The notes below the pieces were generated by a model. It was not told where the DNA came from and did no database searches. It saw only the letters and a list, made by a program, of their open reading frames with translations. The position numbers and the translations under genes are program-made. Of a stretch of DNA of 64,000 bases, positions 21,034-31,396 are shown piece after piece (the stretch's first letter is position 1; every line of letters starts with the position of its first letter). The stretch lies in the NCBI GenBank assembly GCA_000004985.1, contig GG738884.1; one strand, 5' to 3'. Origin of the DNA: Naegleria gruberi (Eukaryota).

Positions 21034-21298
21034 TTTGTGTCAATATATTGTTTCTGTTTTTTTTTTGTTTTATTTTTAAAATAATTTTTTATTGGTTGGG
21101 TTATTTATTTTACAATGACCGGTTCAATTTTGAGTTTTATCTTACCTTCAGCCAAAATCAAATCTGTACTTGCTTTTCTTTTAATTTACAATAGAAAATT
21201 TATTACACAACTAGGTATGCCAATTGTAGTCACCACAACGTTATTAACTGTGAAAAGGTAATTATTTATTCAAATATTATCATGTAAAATAACTACTC

Positions 21299-22474
21299 TT
21301 AGTCTTGGTCTGCATAGACAATTGGTTCACTTCTTGCAAATGAATGGTCATATCTGGTCAAATCAATATTATCCTCAGCCTCACCGAGTCCTGTAATTCC
21401 CTTTAGAATGGTATTCAACTCTATTACTTTCCATTCCAATGCATCTTCTGTTGATCCATTGACAAGTCCCAAATCTAATGTGAAATTATCAAATGGAACG
21501 TGCTTGGTAATGAGAGAGCACATCTTTCTAATTGGTTCCATCATGTTATCATTATATTTAATATAATTCTTTCCTGTGACAAAGGACCATCCTTCATTTC
21601 CTTCATCAATAACATAGTGCAACATTTGATCGATAATGATACATCTCATTTCTTTGAGAATGTTAACTTTTGGTCGAGCAATGTATAATTCTTCATACAG
21701 ATTCAAATCTCTCATTCTCTCAAAGAAGAGATTGCAACGAGTTGATCTTTGAATGTGATCCATCAATTCATTCCAACCATTTCTGGTGGTTTCGTACAAA
21801 CATTCTGCAGAAACATCTTTAGGGGAGCAACCATCACATCTCACAAAGACTGAATCAAGATGATGAACTGATTTCAATTCGAGGAATTCCTCCTCTTCCC
21901 TAATAATATGAATTGGAGATATTAACAATTGATTAACAGCTTGCTCAGATCCAAACGATTTCTTCAATGTTTCAAACCATTGTGAAAGATCGAAACTTCT
22001 CTGAATTTTAGCCAACACAGCAGTCATTGACTTTCTCATAACAAAAACAACATTATCATCGTGAAATAGATCATCTTCCTCGGAGGCTTTCTTAGAATGT
22101 TTGATAATAAACTTGTCCATCTCCTTACTCTCATCTTGCTCCAATCTAAATTTTCTAAGATTTTGCAAATCATCAAGATGAATCATTCTACAAGTAGATT
22201 CTTCATCACCATTATTGGATTCCTCTGCTTCTTCATCACCATTTAGAGGCTCATCAAGAAAATGATCCATAAAGATTCTCCTAGAGATTAAACTCCATTC
22301 ATGATTGAATTGTTGAAGATTATTCTCTTCCGAGGAAATAGCTTGCACATTATCCAAATGCGACATTCTACCCAAATCATTCGGATAGGCCCACTTGAGA
22401 GAATACATTTGTTTAATACTCTCCTGAAGATTATTATTCGGCAAGGGACGAAACTCTAACTTGGCAACGAACAT
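21299..22474 (-). CDS. CDC123: CDC123 / D123-family protein (cell-division-cycle 123-like), 391 aa
   Basis: Blocks SLKWAYPNDL (cf. KLNWSAPRDA), the acidic stretch DEEAEESNNGDEE, FVRCDGCSPKD (cf. FIHCTDDSPDP), RNGWNEL (cf. RKWCEL) and C-terminal FDNFTLDLGLVNG...EWKVIELN (cf. VWLIDFNPFG...TWEEL) follow the D123 family order. Recalled from memory, not from a search. ATG verified. Confidence 0.5.
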   Translation of the reverse strand: MFVAKLEFRPLPNNNLQESIKQMYSLKWAYPNDLGRMSHLDNVQAISSEENNLQQFNHEWSLISRRIFMDHFLDEPLNGDEEAEESNNGDEESTCRMIHLDDLQNLRKFRLEQDESKEMDKFIIKHSKKASEEDDLFHDDNVVFVMRKSMTAVLAKIQRSFDLSQWFETLKKSFGSEQAVNQLLISPIHIIREEEEFLELKSVHHLDSVFVRCDGCSPKDVSAECLYETTRNGWNELMDHIQRSTRCNLFFERMRDLNLYEELYIARPKVNILKEMRCIIIDQMLHYVIDEGNEGWSFVTGKNYIKYNDNMMEPIRKMCSLITKHVPFDNFTLDLGLVNGSTEDALEWKVIELNTILKGITGLGEAEDNIDLTRYDHSFARSEPIVYADQD

Positions 22475-22600
22475 TTTTTTTCAAAAATTCTTAAAAATAG
22501 AAAATTTCAAAGATTTTAAGTGAATTAAGGTGAATGCATTTTGAAATTTACATCTCACACTTGGAATAATTGTTAATGCAGCTTGCTTTGAATTATTTTT

Positions 22601-23779
22601 CTATTCCCAATCTAGATGGACTAAATGTGTTAAATAGGGAGATGTTGAAATTGGGGCACTTGTGGTCAATTCATTGCATGCTACTGTGAATGATGTTAAA
22701 TGTTTCAAATTGGGAGTATTGCATAATATTTCACATCCTTCATCCAGTATTTCATTAGAGGAAATGTCCAATTTAGTCAAGTTGGTGAGGGTTTTACTTT
22801 CTGCAATTGCCTTGCAACCGTTCAGACCTAGCTCACATTCTTCCACCAATAGTGTTTTCAAATTGGAGGCATTAGGTCCATGGACAATCTTTTCAAATGC
22901 TTTACTTCCAATTACACAATACATCAAGGAGAGGAGCGTTAAATTTCTCAAGGCAGGACCATTTCCTATATACTCACAACCTTCAATTCCAATATTGTGA
23001 CATTGATCCAAAATAAGCTCACTAATGTTGGAGCATACAGAGCTGAAACAGAGATTACGAAGCGAGGATAGCGAGATAGGATTACAGGAAATATTCAAAT
23101 GAACCAATCGATGTCCAAACAGGGAAATTTCTTCAATAGCACTCGAATTATTTAGACAATCAAAAATTCTCAAAATTTCAATTGGACTAGCTTGAAGGAA
23201 TTGCCTCAATAAATCAGCACTTATTCTCATTCCATCCATGCGAAGGGATGTTAATTTTGGTAAATATCCATTAGAAAGATCAATCTCACGACAGAATATT
23301 TGCAAGGTTTTCAAATTTTCCAATGCTGAAATCTCAATTGTTCCAATGTCATGTCCTTCCAACTCTAAAACTTCCAATTTCGAAAAGGCCCCACTAGAAA
23401 AGCTCAAATAACTAATTTCTCTGAGAAAATTCATTTTCAGAACCCTCAACTCTCTTCCTAAATTCTCGAAAATACATTTCAAATTTTTCTGATTAATACT
23501 CGGACTGACTTTCAAACTTGTTAATTTTTCTAACATTCCACTCTCGAATATATTTGTTAATATTTCATCATCATTGATATCTTTTACATGTAAACTCTCG
23601 ATCATGTATTTACATTTAAAATTAACATTACAAGGAAAGTTTCTAATAGTAATAGACAACGGAATATTTCTAGCTTTTTCACACCAAAATTTGTTAATTA
23701 ATGAGAAGGCTTTGATGATCTCCATGTGATCCGAGAAGAGAAGAATGTGATAAATCTCATCAGAGAGTTGTAATGTCAT
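22601..23779 (-). CDS. F-box-like / leucine-rich-repeat (RNI-like) protein, 392 aa
   Basis: N-terminus LSDEIYHILLFSDHMEIIKAFSLINKFW is F-box-like. The rest has repeated L..L..L.L..C..I periodicity typical of LRR_RI/FBXL proteins. ATG verified. Confidence 0.55.
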   Translation of the reverse strand: MTLQLSDEIYHILLFSDHMEIIKAFSLINKFWCEKARNIPLSITIRNFPCNVNFKCKYMIESLHVKDINDDEILTNIFESGMLEKLTSLKVSPSINQKNLKCIFENLGRELRVLKMNFLREISYLSFSSGAFSKLEVLELEGHDIGTIEISALENLKTLQIFCREIDLSNGYLPKLTSLRMDGMRISADLLRQFLQASPIEILRIFDCLNNSSAIEEISLFGHRLVHLNISCNPISLSSLRNLCFSSVCSNISELILDQCHNIGIEGCEYIGNGPALRNLTLLSLMYCVIGSKAFEKIVHGPNASNLKTLLVEECELGLNGCKAIAESKTLTNLTKLDISSNEILDEGCEILCNTPNLKHLTSFTVACNELTTSAPISTSPYLTHLVHLDWE

Positions 23780-24107
23780 TTTTTGATGTTTTGAATATGA
23801 TGTTTACTTTGAATATTTGACAACCAAAAGAAAAAAATAGTAATTTCAATAAATTTTCTAATAGATCACTGCATCACATTCTTGGTAGCAATCATACTGC
23901 AAACCAAACTCTCTCAATGCCTCGAGCTGCAGGTTAGGGCCGTTGAAGGGGATTGCTGTGAAGGACCTTCAGTGACCTCTGCAGTTTTATCCTTCTCAAA
24001 TTTTGTTTGGTATGTTATTAAGAATTCAATTTTCTCTATTAGCCATTGGTGGAGCTATGTTTTTTTCGTTTTCTTAACAACAATGAAAAGTTTACAATGA
24101 GAAGAAG

Positions 24108-24501
24108 NNNNNNNNNNNNNNNNNNNNNNNNNNNNNNNNNNNNNNNNNNNNNNNNNNNNNNNNNNNNNNNNNNNNNNNNNNNNNNNNNNNNNNNNNNNNN
24201 NNNNNNNNNNNNNNNNNNNNNNNNNNNNNNNNNNNNNNNNNNNNNNNNNNNNNNNNNNNNNNNNNNNNNNNNNNNNNNNNNNNNNNNNNNNNNNNNNNNN
24301 NNNNNNNNNNNNNNNNNNNNNNNNNNNNNNNNNNNNNNNNNNNNNNNNNNNNNNNNNNNNNNNNNNNNNNNNNNNNNNNNNNNNNNNNNNNNNNNNNNNN
24401 NNNNNNNNNNNNNNNNNNNNNNNNNNNNNNNNNNNNNNNNNNNNNNNNNNNNNNNNNNNNNNNNNNNNNNNNNNNNNNNNNNNNNNNNNNNNNNNNNNNN
24501 N
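24108..24501. other. assembly gap (394 N)
   Basis: Run of n characters. ORF-track entries spanning it are artefacts. Confidence 0.99.
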
Positions 24502-24944
24502 CCAATCCAACACCACAACATGCAACAAAGTGTGTGCTGCTGTGAGATCCAACAAACACACAAGAAATAAGAGGAGATTCGGAATTTTGAATACTGTAAA
24601 AATACCTTTGTTTACCATCAACAAGATCATCGTAAGTGCGCATCACTCTCTTAATAAACCTTCTGATCATGATGAGTTTGCCAGTTTTCAAGAGTTGCAG
24701 CTGAGAAATTTCTTGTTTTTTTTCAACTTGGCGAAAAAAAGAACAAGACATCTCCTCCCTTATTCTTACCACTCGAAAAAAATCTGCCTCAATCTGCCTC
24801 GCACCTCTGTAAGATCTTAAATCTATTTTTACCTCCCCTCGCACCTTGTATGGGAGCAAAGTGAACCTTACCTTAATAAAACCATCATTGAAGAAGAATA
24901 TTCATTTTTAAGAAGAATATTATTTATAAGAAGTTTGTGCGCAG

Positions 24945-26213
24945 ATGAAGACTGATAGAAAGCCTTATCATCCACAAAATTCAGAGAGTAGTAATAGCAG
25001 TGGCGATGATGAAGATAATTTTCTGGAAATTAAGGAAAAAAGAAGCGAACCTCAACAAGAAGGAATCATGAGCAATTCACTTCCTTCGTCTTCAACGTAT
25101 CATCATTTCAAATTGCCTTCAACTGTTCTATCGAAGAGAGAACGTTCAATCAATTATCATTCTAATAGTACTCCTCCGCCTTCCAACAGTTCGCAAATAT
25201 ATCAGAGACAATCTGTTAGCATAAGTGGATCCACAGCAGTTGCCATGGAACAATCATCTTTGAATATTGTAGATGAGACTGATAAGACAACCATTGATAT
25301 TGAGAGAAGGAAAAAGAAGAGGAAGAAGATGAAAAACTCTCATAACTACTTGAATGGAGGTGGTGAAAACTGGCTTCATGATGATACCTTGAAGAAGGAT
25401 GAAGAAGATGAGCATGTCCAAGATGACTCTCCCAATTCAACTAATAGTGAAGATGAAACTTTGAAGGTTTATGCCTTTGAAAAGCCCCTCCTCAGCAATA
25501 GTTCAACATTCAAAGATAATTATTTCATATTGGCACCAGTTTCCAATTCATCTTCAACCTCCTCATCAGGCACAACTTCCAGCTCTAGAAAACAAAACTC
25601 ATTCTCCAATGATTCTTCAAGCCATCATAGCGCACAGTTTCATTCCAACAACAAGAAGAAACAATTTTCACCCCAAGCTCACAATCACCACTCAACTAAT
25701 TCATCCAATTCATTACCCTCATCATCACTGAGTCCCTCTCCACATGTTGTTCAAGCACAGAGTCCATTATTTATTTCACCACCTCAACCAGTGAATGTTC
25801 AGAAATACATGTGCAATTCACATTCAGACTCTAACACTTTCACAAGGAGATTTGTTCTGAATGAACCGACAATGACAATCTATGAGAAGAATCCACTTAA
25901 TAACTCGCCAGCTAATCAACAAGAATCGATTGGCTATGCAAATGTGCAAGATTCCATGTCAATGCAACTCTTTTCTCAAATAGTGCAATTATTAATTCAA
26001 AGATATCAACATCAGCTCGATGATTTATTGGAATCTCCAAATTCTCTCGCTCAGAATATTATTAGAGGGTTGAATAATAATGAGCAATCTCAGCAATTCA
26101 ATAATTTATCCTCTGCTGAATCCACACCATCCAATAACGTGTCCATTGAAGAAATTTACTCATTCATACTGCAAAACCAGAATCTTCTTTCGAAGAAAGA
26201 CAATAATCAATAA
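24945..26213 (+). CDS. Ser/Asn/Thr-rich low-complexity hypothetical protein, 422 aa
   Basis: ATG-initiated long ORF with long S/N/T low-complexity tracts. No recognisable domain. Confidence 0.35.
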   Translation: MKTDRKPYHPQNSESSNSSGDDEDNFLEIKEKRSEPQQEGIMSNSLPSSSTYHHFKLPSTVLSKRERSINYHSNSTPPPSNSSQIYQRQSVSISGSTAVAMEQSSLNIVDETDKTTIDIERRKKKRKKMKNSHNYLNGGGENWLHDDTLKKDEEDEHVQDDSPNSTNSEDETLKVYAFEKPLLSNSSTFKDNYFILAPVSNSSSTSSSGTTSSSRKQNSFSNDSSSHHSAQFHSNNKKKQFSPQAHNHHSTNSSNSLPSSSLSPSPHVVQAQSPLFISPPQPVNVQKYMCNSHSDSNTFTRRFVLNEPTMTIYEKNPLNNSPANQQESIGYANVQDSMSMQLFSQIVQLLIQRYQHQLDDLLESPNSLAQNIIRGLNNNEQSQQFNNLSSAESTPSNNVSIEEIYSFILQNQNLLSKKDNNQ

Positions 26214-26309
26214 AGGAATGGGATCTTAACACTAAAATGACTGCCTAGCCTATTCTATTTAATTTTTCGTTTGTAAAACAGCAAAAAATTTCATGGCTCG
26301 CCACGTTTA

Positions 26310-26380
26310 CCGTCTCGGGAGGAATCGAACCTCCGTCAATGGATTCAAAGTCCACTATGCTACCATTACACCACGAGACG
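26310..26380 (-). tRNA. tRNA-Gln (anticodon TTG)
   Basis: Reverse complement CGTCTCGTGGTGTAATGGTAGCATAGTGGACTTTGAATCCATTGACGGAGGTTCGATTCCTCCCGAGACGG. Perfect 7-bp acceptor stem, anticodon loop CTTTGAA, close to the eukaryotic tRNA-Gln(UUG) consensus. Confidence 0.8.
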
Positions 26381-26494
26381 AGCACATTCATAATGTTTGT
26401 AGTTCATTTATATTCACGAAAAGTTTTGTTGCTTTAGCTGCATTACTGCCCAAGTTATAAAATTTTATTAGAGTTCGTTCCAATCTTTTAAAAT

Positions 26495-28102
26495 TTATTG
26501 AGGATTCATATTTGTCATATAATTATCTAACAAGTGACATGAAACACCTCCATTCTTTGGACAACCAACTTGAACTTCAGCTCCAGCATGAGCATATCCA
26601 AACAATTTAGGAGGAACTTCAGTTACAAGATCTTGCTTTGTCTTTCCATTCTTTTCGAAAGTATTTACAACACGAACATAATCCTTAACATTTTGGTTGA
26701 CCACTTCAGCATGTTTCTTATCACCAACTCTAGGACCTCCAAAAGTAACCAATTCAACCTTAACTCCTGAATTCTTGTTACTCAATTCATAATCAGTTGC
26801 TGCAATTTCACTAATGGCTCCTCCCTTACTATGTCCAGTAAAAACAATCTTGTCAATTTTACCTTCTTTTTGATATTGAGCAATGACCTTGTTGATTTCT
26901 TCTCTGTCTTTCATGTAATTACTGAGGAATCCAGAGTGGATTTTACCAGCATATTGACCATTGAAATAGGTTGATTTCAATCCAATCTTCAAGTTATTTC
27001 CCCAATCTTTCAATGAAGTAGAAACAGTTCCTCTATACGAAACTACAAGAGTCTTATCTTTTTCATTGTACAAGACCTTGGAAGCGACCATTTCCTTCTT
27101 GTGATCAGTTGCTAGAACGACTTGATAACCTTGCTTTTCCAAATTCTTATCATTTGTCTTTTCGTATGCATTATTAGAAATTTGAGAAGCAATCGAAACT
27201 GTCTTGGCTGTAATTGATGTCAATGGAGAAACCTTTTGATTTGCCTTCATTCCATTAAGTGATTTAATCTTTTCAACACCTCTTGTTTGATCATTCTTCT
27301 TGGAATTCTTAATTGCTGAAATGACATTCTTTGCTTTCTTTAATTGCTTTGAAATAATCTTCCAAACTTTAGTTCCCTTTAGTTTACCGCCAGCTTGCTT
27401 TAATTTTTGCAATTTCTTCATGACATTATTCTTCAATGATTTGGAAACTTTCTTAATCTTTTCCTTGAGTTTCTTCTTTCCATTCTTGAAGAGATTGTCA
27501 ACCTTGGAACCTGCCTTTCTGAGCTTTTGCTTTGTAGTTTCAACTTTCTTTGAAATCTTCTTTCCAAGTTTGCTATTCTTCAATTTGGAACCAAATTTCT
27601 TCAATCCATTCTTGAATTTTTTAGATTTTTCTTTCAATTTCTTTCCAAATTTGCTATTTTTCAACTTGTTTCCAATTTTTTTAATTCCATTTTTGAATTT
27701 TTTAGATTTTTCCTTCAAATTACTTTTAACTTTTCTGAAATTTTGTTTTACCTTGTTGAAATTATTCTTAAATTTGGAAGTTCTCTTGGAAATTGCATTC
27801 TTTACCTTGTTAAATGTCTTTGGAATTGCTCTTTTCACTGATTGACCTATTTTTCTTTCGACAGATGACTTGAAATTCTTAATCTTGTTGGTTGTTGACT
27901 TGACCTTGTTAATTCCACCTCTGATCTTTGATTCAACAGACTTGACCTTGTTAGAAATTGAAGATCTGGCCTTGCTGACGGCTGACTTGAAACCAGAGAA
28001 GAATTTGGCTTCAGTTGGTTGGATGGAACACAAACCGACAAGCGAAATCAAAAGAAACAAGATGAACATGGATGTCCATGTTGGAATAAGTTTTCTCTTC
28101 AT
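26495..28102 (-). CDS. secreted class-3 (fungal-type) lipase with an N-terminal signal peptide and a lysine-rich tandem-repeat region, 535 aa
   Basis: C-terminal Lipase_3 domain with YRGTVSTSLKDWGNNL...GKIHSGFLSNY...IVFTGHSKGGAISEIAATDYE...VELVTFGGPRVGD (GHSxGG nucleophile elbow). N-terminal hydrophobic signal MKRKLIPTWTSMFILFLLISLVGLCSIQPTEA. Residues ~60-250 are KFKNGIKKIGNKLKNSKFGKKLKEKSKKFKNGLKKFGSKLKNSKLGKK-type repeats. ATG verified. Confidence 0.8.
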   Translation of the reverse strand: MKRKLIPTWTSMFILFLLISLVGLCSIQPTEAKFFSGFKSAVSKARSSISNKVKSVESKIRGGINKVKSTTNKIKNFKSSVERKIGQSVKRAIPKTFNKVKNAISKRTSKFKNNFNKVKQNFRKVKSNLKEKSKKFKNGIKKIGNKLKNSKFGKKLKEKSKKFKNGLKKFGSKLKNSKLGKKISKKVETTKQKLRKAGSKVDNLFKNGKKKLKEKIKKVSKSLKNNVMKKLQKLKQAGGKLKGTKVWKIISKQLKKAKNVISAIKNSKKNDQTRGVEKIKSLNGMKANQKVSPLTSITAKTVSIASQISNNAYEKTNDKNLEKQGYQVVLATDHKKEMVASKVLYNEKDKTLVVSYRGTVSTSLKDWGNNLKIGLKSTYFNGQYAGKIHSGFLSNYMKDREEINKVIAQYQKEGKIDKIVFTGHSKGGAISEIAATDYELSNKNSGVKVELVTFGGPRVGDKKHAEVVNQNVKDYVRVVNTFEKNGKTKQDLVTEVPPKLFGYAHAGAEVQVGCPKNGGVSCHLLDNYMTNMNPQ

Positions 28103-28465
28103 TATCTACTTTCTAATATCGTTGACGAAACTAAAAGAATCTATGAATCGTGATGAACGAAAGCAAGTGGTCTTGATGGAGTTTTTTTAAAGATGATTTT
28201 TTGTGTAGTTTGATGTTGAAGCTTTCGTTTGCATATGTTGGCGGTTAAATCTCCACTACTTGTGAATTTGGATTTGACACTTGACGTTATAACGAACTGT
28301 CAGGTCATTAAAAGTGGAATAGTTAATACAAAAACAAGACTTTGAACGTGAATACATGATTACAACACTTTAAGGACATATTTTCGTACATGATTCTAAT
28401 CATTTCTTTTGCATTCTCCAAGATTCGGCTTCAATATTCCATTGGCACTTTTAATTTTAAAAAAT

Positions 28466-30991
28466 TTAAGGAGATTGCACACTCTTAATATGTTCTTTCC
28501 ATTTCCTTGAATTATTAAATCTATAAAACGAGTCCATTAAATTTTTGTAAACCTCTGTTTGTAAAGTTGGGAAAATATTTGGTTTACAAATGTTTGTAAT
28601 GAGCGGTTTCATGAGTTCTTCTTGGGATTGATCGATATTTGGGAAATATCTCAATGAAATATCTTTCATGATACGAGGAAGTTGGTTGATTTTGAGTTTG
28701 TGGTTGTTGAGAAGGTTTTGAAGTTCTTTGTAATCTTTCAGTTCAGTGTGGATGATTTTGGAAGGAACGTTAATTTCGAATACTGAACTGCTTTCGGATA
28801 GGTAGAGTTTAGTCATTTCCTTGATTTTCATTACTTTGGAACGAACGTGTCTTTCGTTAATCTTTCTCAATCGATTTAAATCCTCAATGAAGAGTAAATT
28901 TTCAACTGAATATTCTTCTCTCAAATATTGATAGAATAAATCTCTTTCCTTCTTGTGTGAAATGATAAAGTCAATTGAGTAGGAACAAATTGGAGAGGAG
29001 AGTAATTGTTGAATACTTTGAATAGCGTTGGCGTTCTTATCATTGGAGGAATCACTGTTATTGAGATTGGCGGCTTTTCTCTTTTCTTTAAAGGCAAGGA
29101 AAAAGTTCCAAATGCCTTTCATTACAGTTATGCCTGGATTACTGATCGAGCCACCAAGGAAATTGAGACCAATAGCTAGTACGAGTGATGAAGTCAATTG
29201 TGAACTAATTGGGCCATATGATGGGACAATAACGAGAACTATTCCAGAAGCAATATCGAAAATGACAATGAAAAGACTTTCCACTCTATATACGAAAGGA
29301 TCAGTTTCGTAAAAGTAGTAAATAAAGAAATTTTCAGTCTTTTCTCCCTTTTCCTTATTGATTCTTCTTGTTTGGATGTATTTGTAAATGGAAAATATGA
29401 AATCCACTGCCAAAAATAATGGAATAGCAAGGAATAGTATAAAAAGAACGATAATTGCATAAATAGAAACATTGTCTCTATCAATCTTTCTACAATATCC
29501 ACTGTTTTGCTCCCAAGAGTAAAAGACACTCTCCCAGGAGTCTTTCGCATGAGAAGCAACTCTAACACTGATAATTACAAACCAAACAATGACCCACAAG
29601 GAAATATACGATATTTCAACAATTCGATATTTGATAATCTTCTTCAACAAGTTGGCAAATCTTCCTTGTTTGGAAATTTCTTCGTAAGATGTAGAGATGG
29701 CATCGTCATCGGTTGTCAAATCCAAAGCAATGTCATCGTAATCAGAGTAGGCATTGGAAATTTCATCAAGTTCTGAAGGCCTTGAACCTCTGGCAGACAT
29801 TGGTGCATCACTATTGACTGATTGTGAAAGAGAACTCAAATCCAAAGTCGAAACACCCTCATTAAGAGCAACATTTGAAGCACTAGAAGGGAATTGACCT
29901 AAATCTTCAGTACTTTCTGCTGGTCTCCTCAATGATTTTCTGTTTTGAATTGTATTGGAAGTAGCGTTTTGCTGTTCTGTCTTGTTTTGTAATTTGATGT
30001 TTTTGAATTTTTCCAATTGCTTTCGTTTGAAATCTTCCAATGATTTTACAATATCCTGTCTCTTGTCCTTTAAAAGTGTCAAAAGCAAGAGTTTGATAAT
30101 CTGAATACTATACAGAGCTACACTGAGAACGACAAGCCCATAAAGCACATACGAATTAACGAAACAATACACATTCTCAAATGTAATATAATTGACCAAC
30201 CAATTTGGCAAACCATTGCTAGAATTCAAGTTATTTTGATAAAAAGTTGCAGCGCTAACCGATTTAGTACTCTTTTCCATTAAAAATTGATTCCAATAAC
30301 TTTCAAAATACATCTTAATCCACGGTAAAAAATCAAGTGTACCCTGAATATGACTGATAACATTCAAACCAACCAAAATTAGTGAAACAAAGAATTTCGA
30401 CTTGATTGGTTCATAATTTCTCAACAGGAAAATGCAACATGTGAGAAAAATATCAAAAATGACAATTACTACTCTGATAGCAATTGTCACAGTCGTAACC
30501 AAATTATTTCCACTAATCATGACAATTGCCTGCTGAGCTGTAGTCAAATTATAAGTAACATTTCCCAACAGGATTGAAAATTCTGTCGTGTTATAATCCT
30601 TCAATGCAACATCAGATGGTGCTTGAATTACTTCATGTTGTGAAGAATTATCAACAACAACAACTGAGAGATGATGCATTGTCATGAGTGATGGTGAGTC
30701 GATATCATTTGGGATAGAGTATGTTTTAAAACGATCTGCTAGGTGACCAATTGTGTTGATTAGGAAGTTCTCCTGACTTTCTAAATGTGTTTTTGTTGAG
30801 GTGGAACGTGTTGATGGAATACTGGTGGCTGACATTGTTTCGGCAAAAAAGCATGTATTGCACAAAAAGAGAAACAAGACTACAAGTATGGTAAGAGTAT
30901 AAATTTTTCTAGAACGGCTTTTTGGAAAGTGGCTTGTTGATGGAGACATTTTGTGTACGAATGATGACATGTGGTGGCAATGCTGTTTCAT
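28466..30991 (-). CDS. multi-pass membrane protein with a C-terminal RGS domain (7TM-RGS-like), ~841 aa
   Basis: The ORF-track start at 30994 is TTG; the adjacent ATG is at 30991. Seven or more hydrophobic segments, for example AIVMISGNNLVTTVTIAIRVVIVIFDIFLTCCIFLL, FFVSLILVGLNVISHIQG, VLYGLVVLSVALYSIQIIKLLLLTLL, ISLWVIVWFVIISV, VSIYAIIVLFILFLAIPLFLAVDFIFSIY and LFIVIFDIASGIVLVIVP. These are followed by FIISHKKERDLFYQYLREEYSVENLLFIEDLNRLRK, an RGS box. Confidence 0.65.
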   Translation of the reverse strand: MKQHCHHMSSFVHKMSPSTSHFPKSRSRKIYTLTILVVLFLFLCNTCFFAETMSATSIPSTRSTSTKTHLESQENFLINTIGHLADRFKTYSIPNDIDSPSLMTMHHLSVVVVDNSSQHEVIQAPSDVALKDYNTTEFSILLGNVTYNLTTAQQAIVMISGNNLVTTVTIAIRVVIVIFDIFLTCCIFLLRNYEPIKSKFFVSLILVGLNVISHIQGTLDFLPWIKMYFESYWNQFLMEKSTKSVSAATFYQNNLNSSNGLPNWLVNYITFENVYCFVNSYVLYGLVVLSVALYSIQIIKLLLLTLLKDKRQDIVKSLEDFKRKQLEKFKNIKLQNKTEQQNATSNTIQNRKSLRRPAESTEDLGQFPSSASNVALNEGVSTLDLSSLSQSVNSDAPMSARGSRPSELDEISNAYSDYDDIALDLTTDDDAISTSYEEISKQGRFANLLKKIIKYRIVEISYISLWVIVWFVIISVRVASHAKDSWESVFYSWEQNSGYCRKIDRDNVSIYAIIVLFILFLAIPLFLAVDFIFSIYKYIQTRRINKEKGEKTENFFIYYFYETDPFVYRVESLFIVIFDIASGIVLVIVPSYGPISSQLTSSLVLAIGLNFLGGSISNPGITVMKGIWNFFLAFKEKRKAANLNNSDSSNDKNANAIQSIQQLLSSPICSYSIDFIISHKKERDLFYQYLREEYSVENLLFIEDLNRLRKINERHVRSKVMKIKEMTKLYLSESSSVFEINVPSKIIHTELKDYKELQNLLNNHKLKINQLPRIMKDISLRYFPNIDQSQEELMKPLITNICKPNIFPTLQTEVYKNLMDSFYRFNNSRKWKEHIKSVQSP

Positions 30992-31396
30992 CAAAATGAT
31001 GAAAATTGATAGTGGCTAATGTTATGTTGATGATGGAGAGAGGCTTTTTTATCTCAATATTATCTCTCAATAGTAAAATTGATAATATTTAAAGATTCTA
31101 ATAGTTTCGGCAAGTTGTTTGTTTTTTTTAGATGGTTCAATGTTCAAAAGGCATGTACAAAGTTTCCGTGTTTTTTGTTGAACTTGTAAAGCTCAAAAGT
31201 ACAGTGCTATTGTATGTTGGTGTTGAGCAATTTTTTTTCGTAATTACGAAATAACAGCCAAATCAACAAGAAACGTCAAATCATGCAGATTAAATTCCAA
31301 AAGGGAAGCATGTACCAAATTTAATAGAGAATGAACTTTACAGCCACAATACAACAACAACCATATTTATTTACAATGTATCAGTTCTCAAAGTCC

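Noticed and set aside
24039-24859. ORF-track entries of 174-255 aa made mostly of X residues (also 1244..1435, 58622..59068, 60916..61422, 62812..63000)
   Set aside because: They span runs of N (assembly gaps) and are artefacts of translating ambiguous bases.
27300-27845. 181-aa plus-strand ORF rich in F/L
   Set aside because: Antisense to the lysine-repeat region of the lipase gene; AAA/AAG codons read in reverse give TTT/CTT, so it is an artefact.
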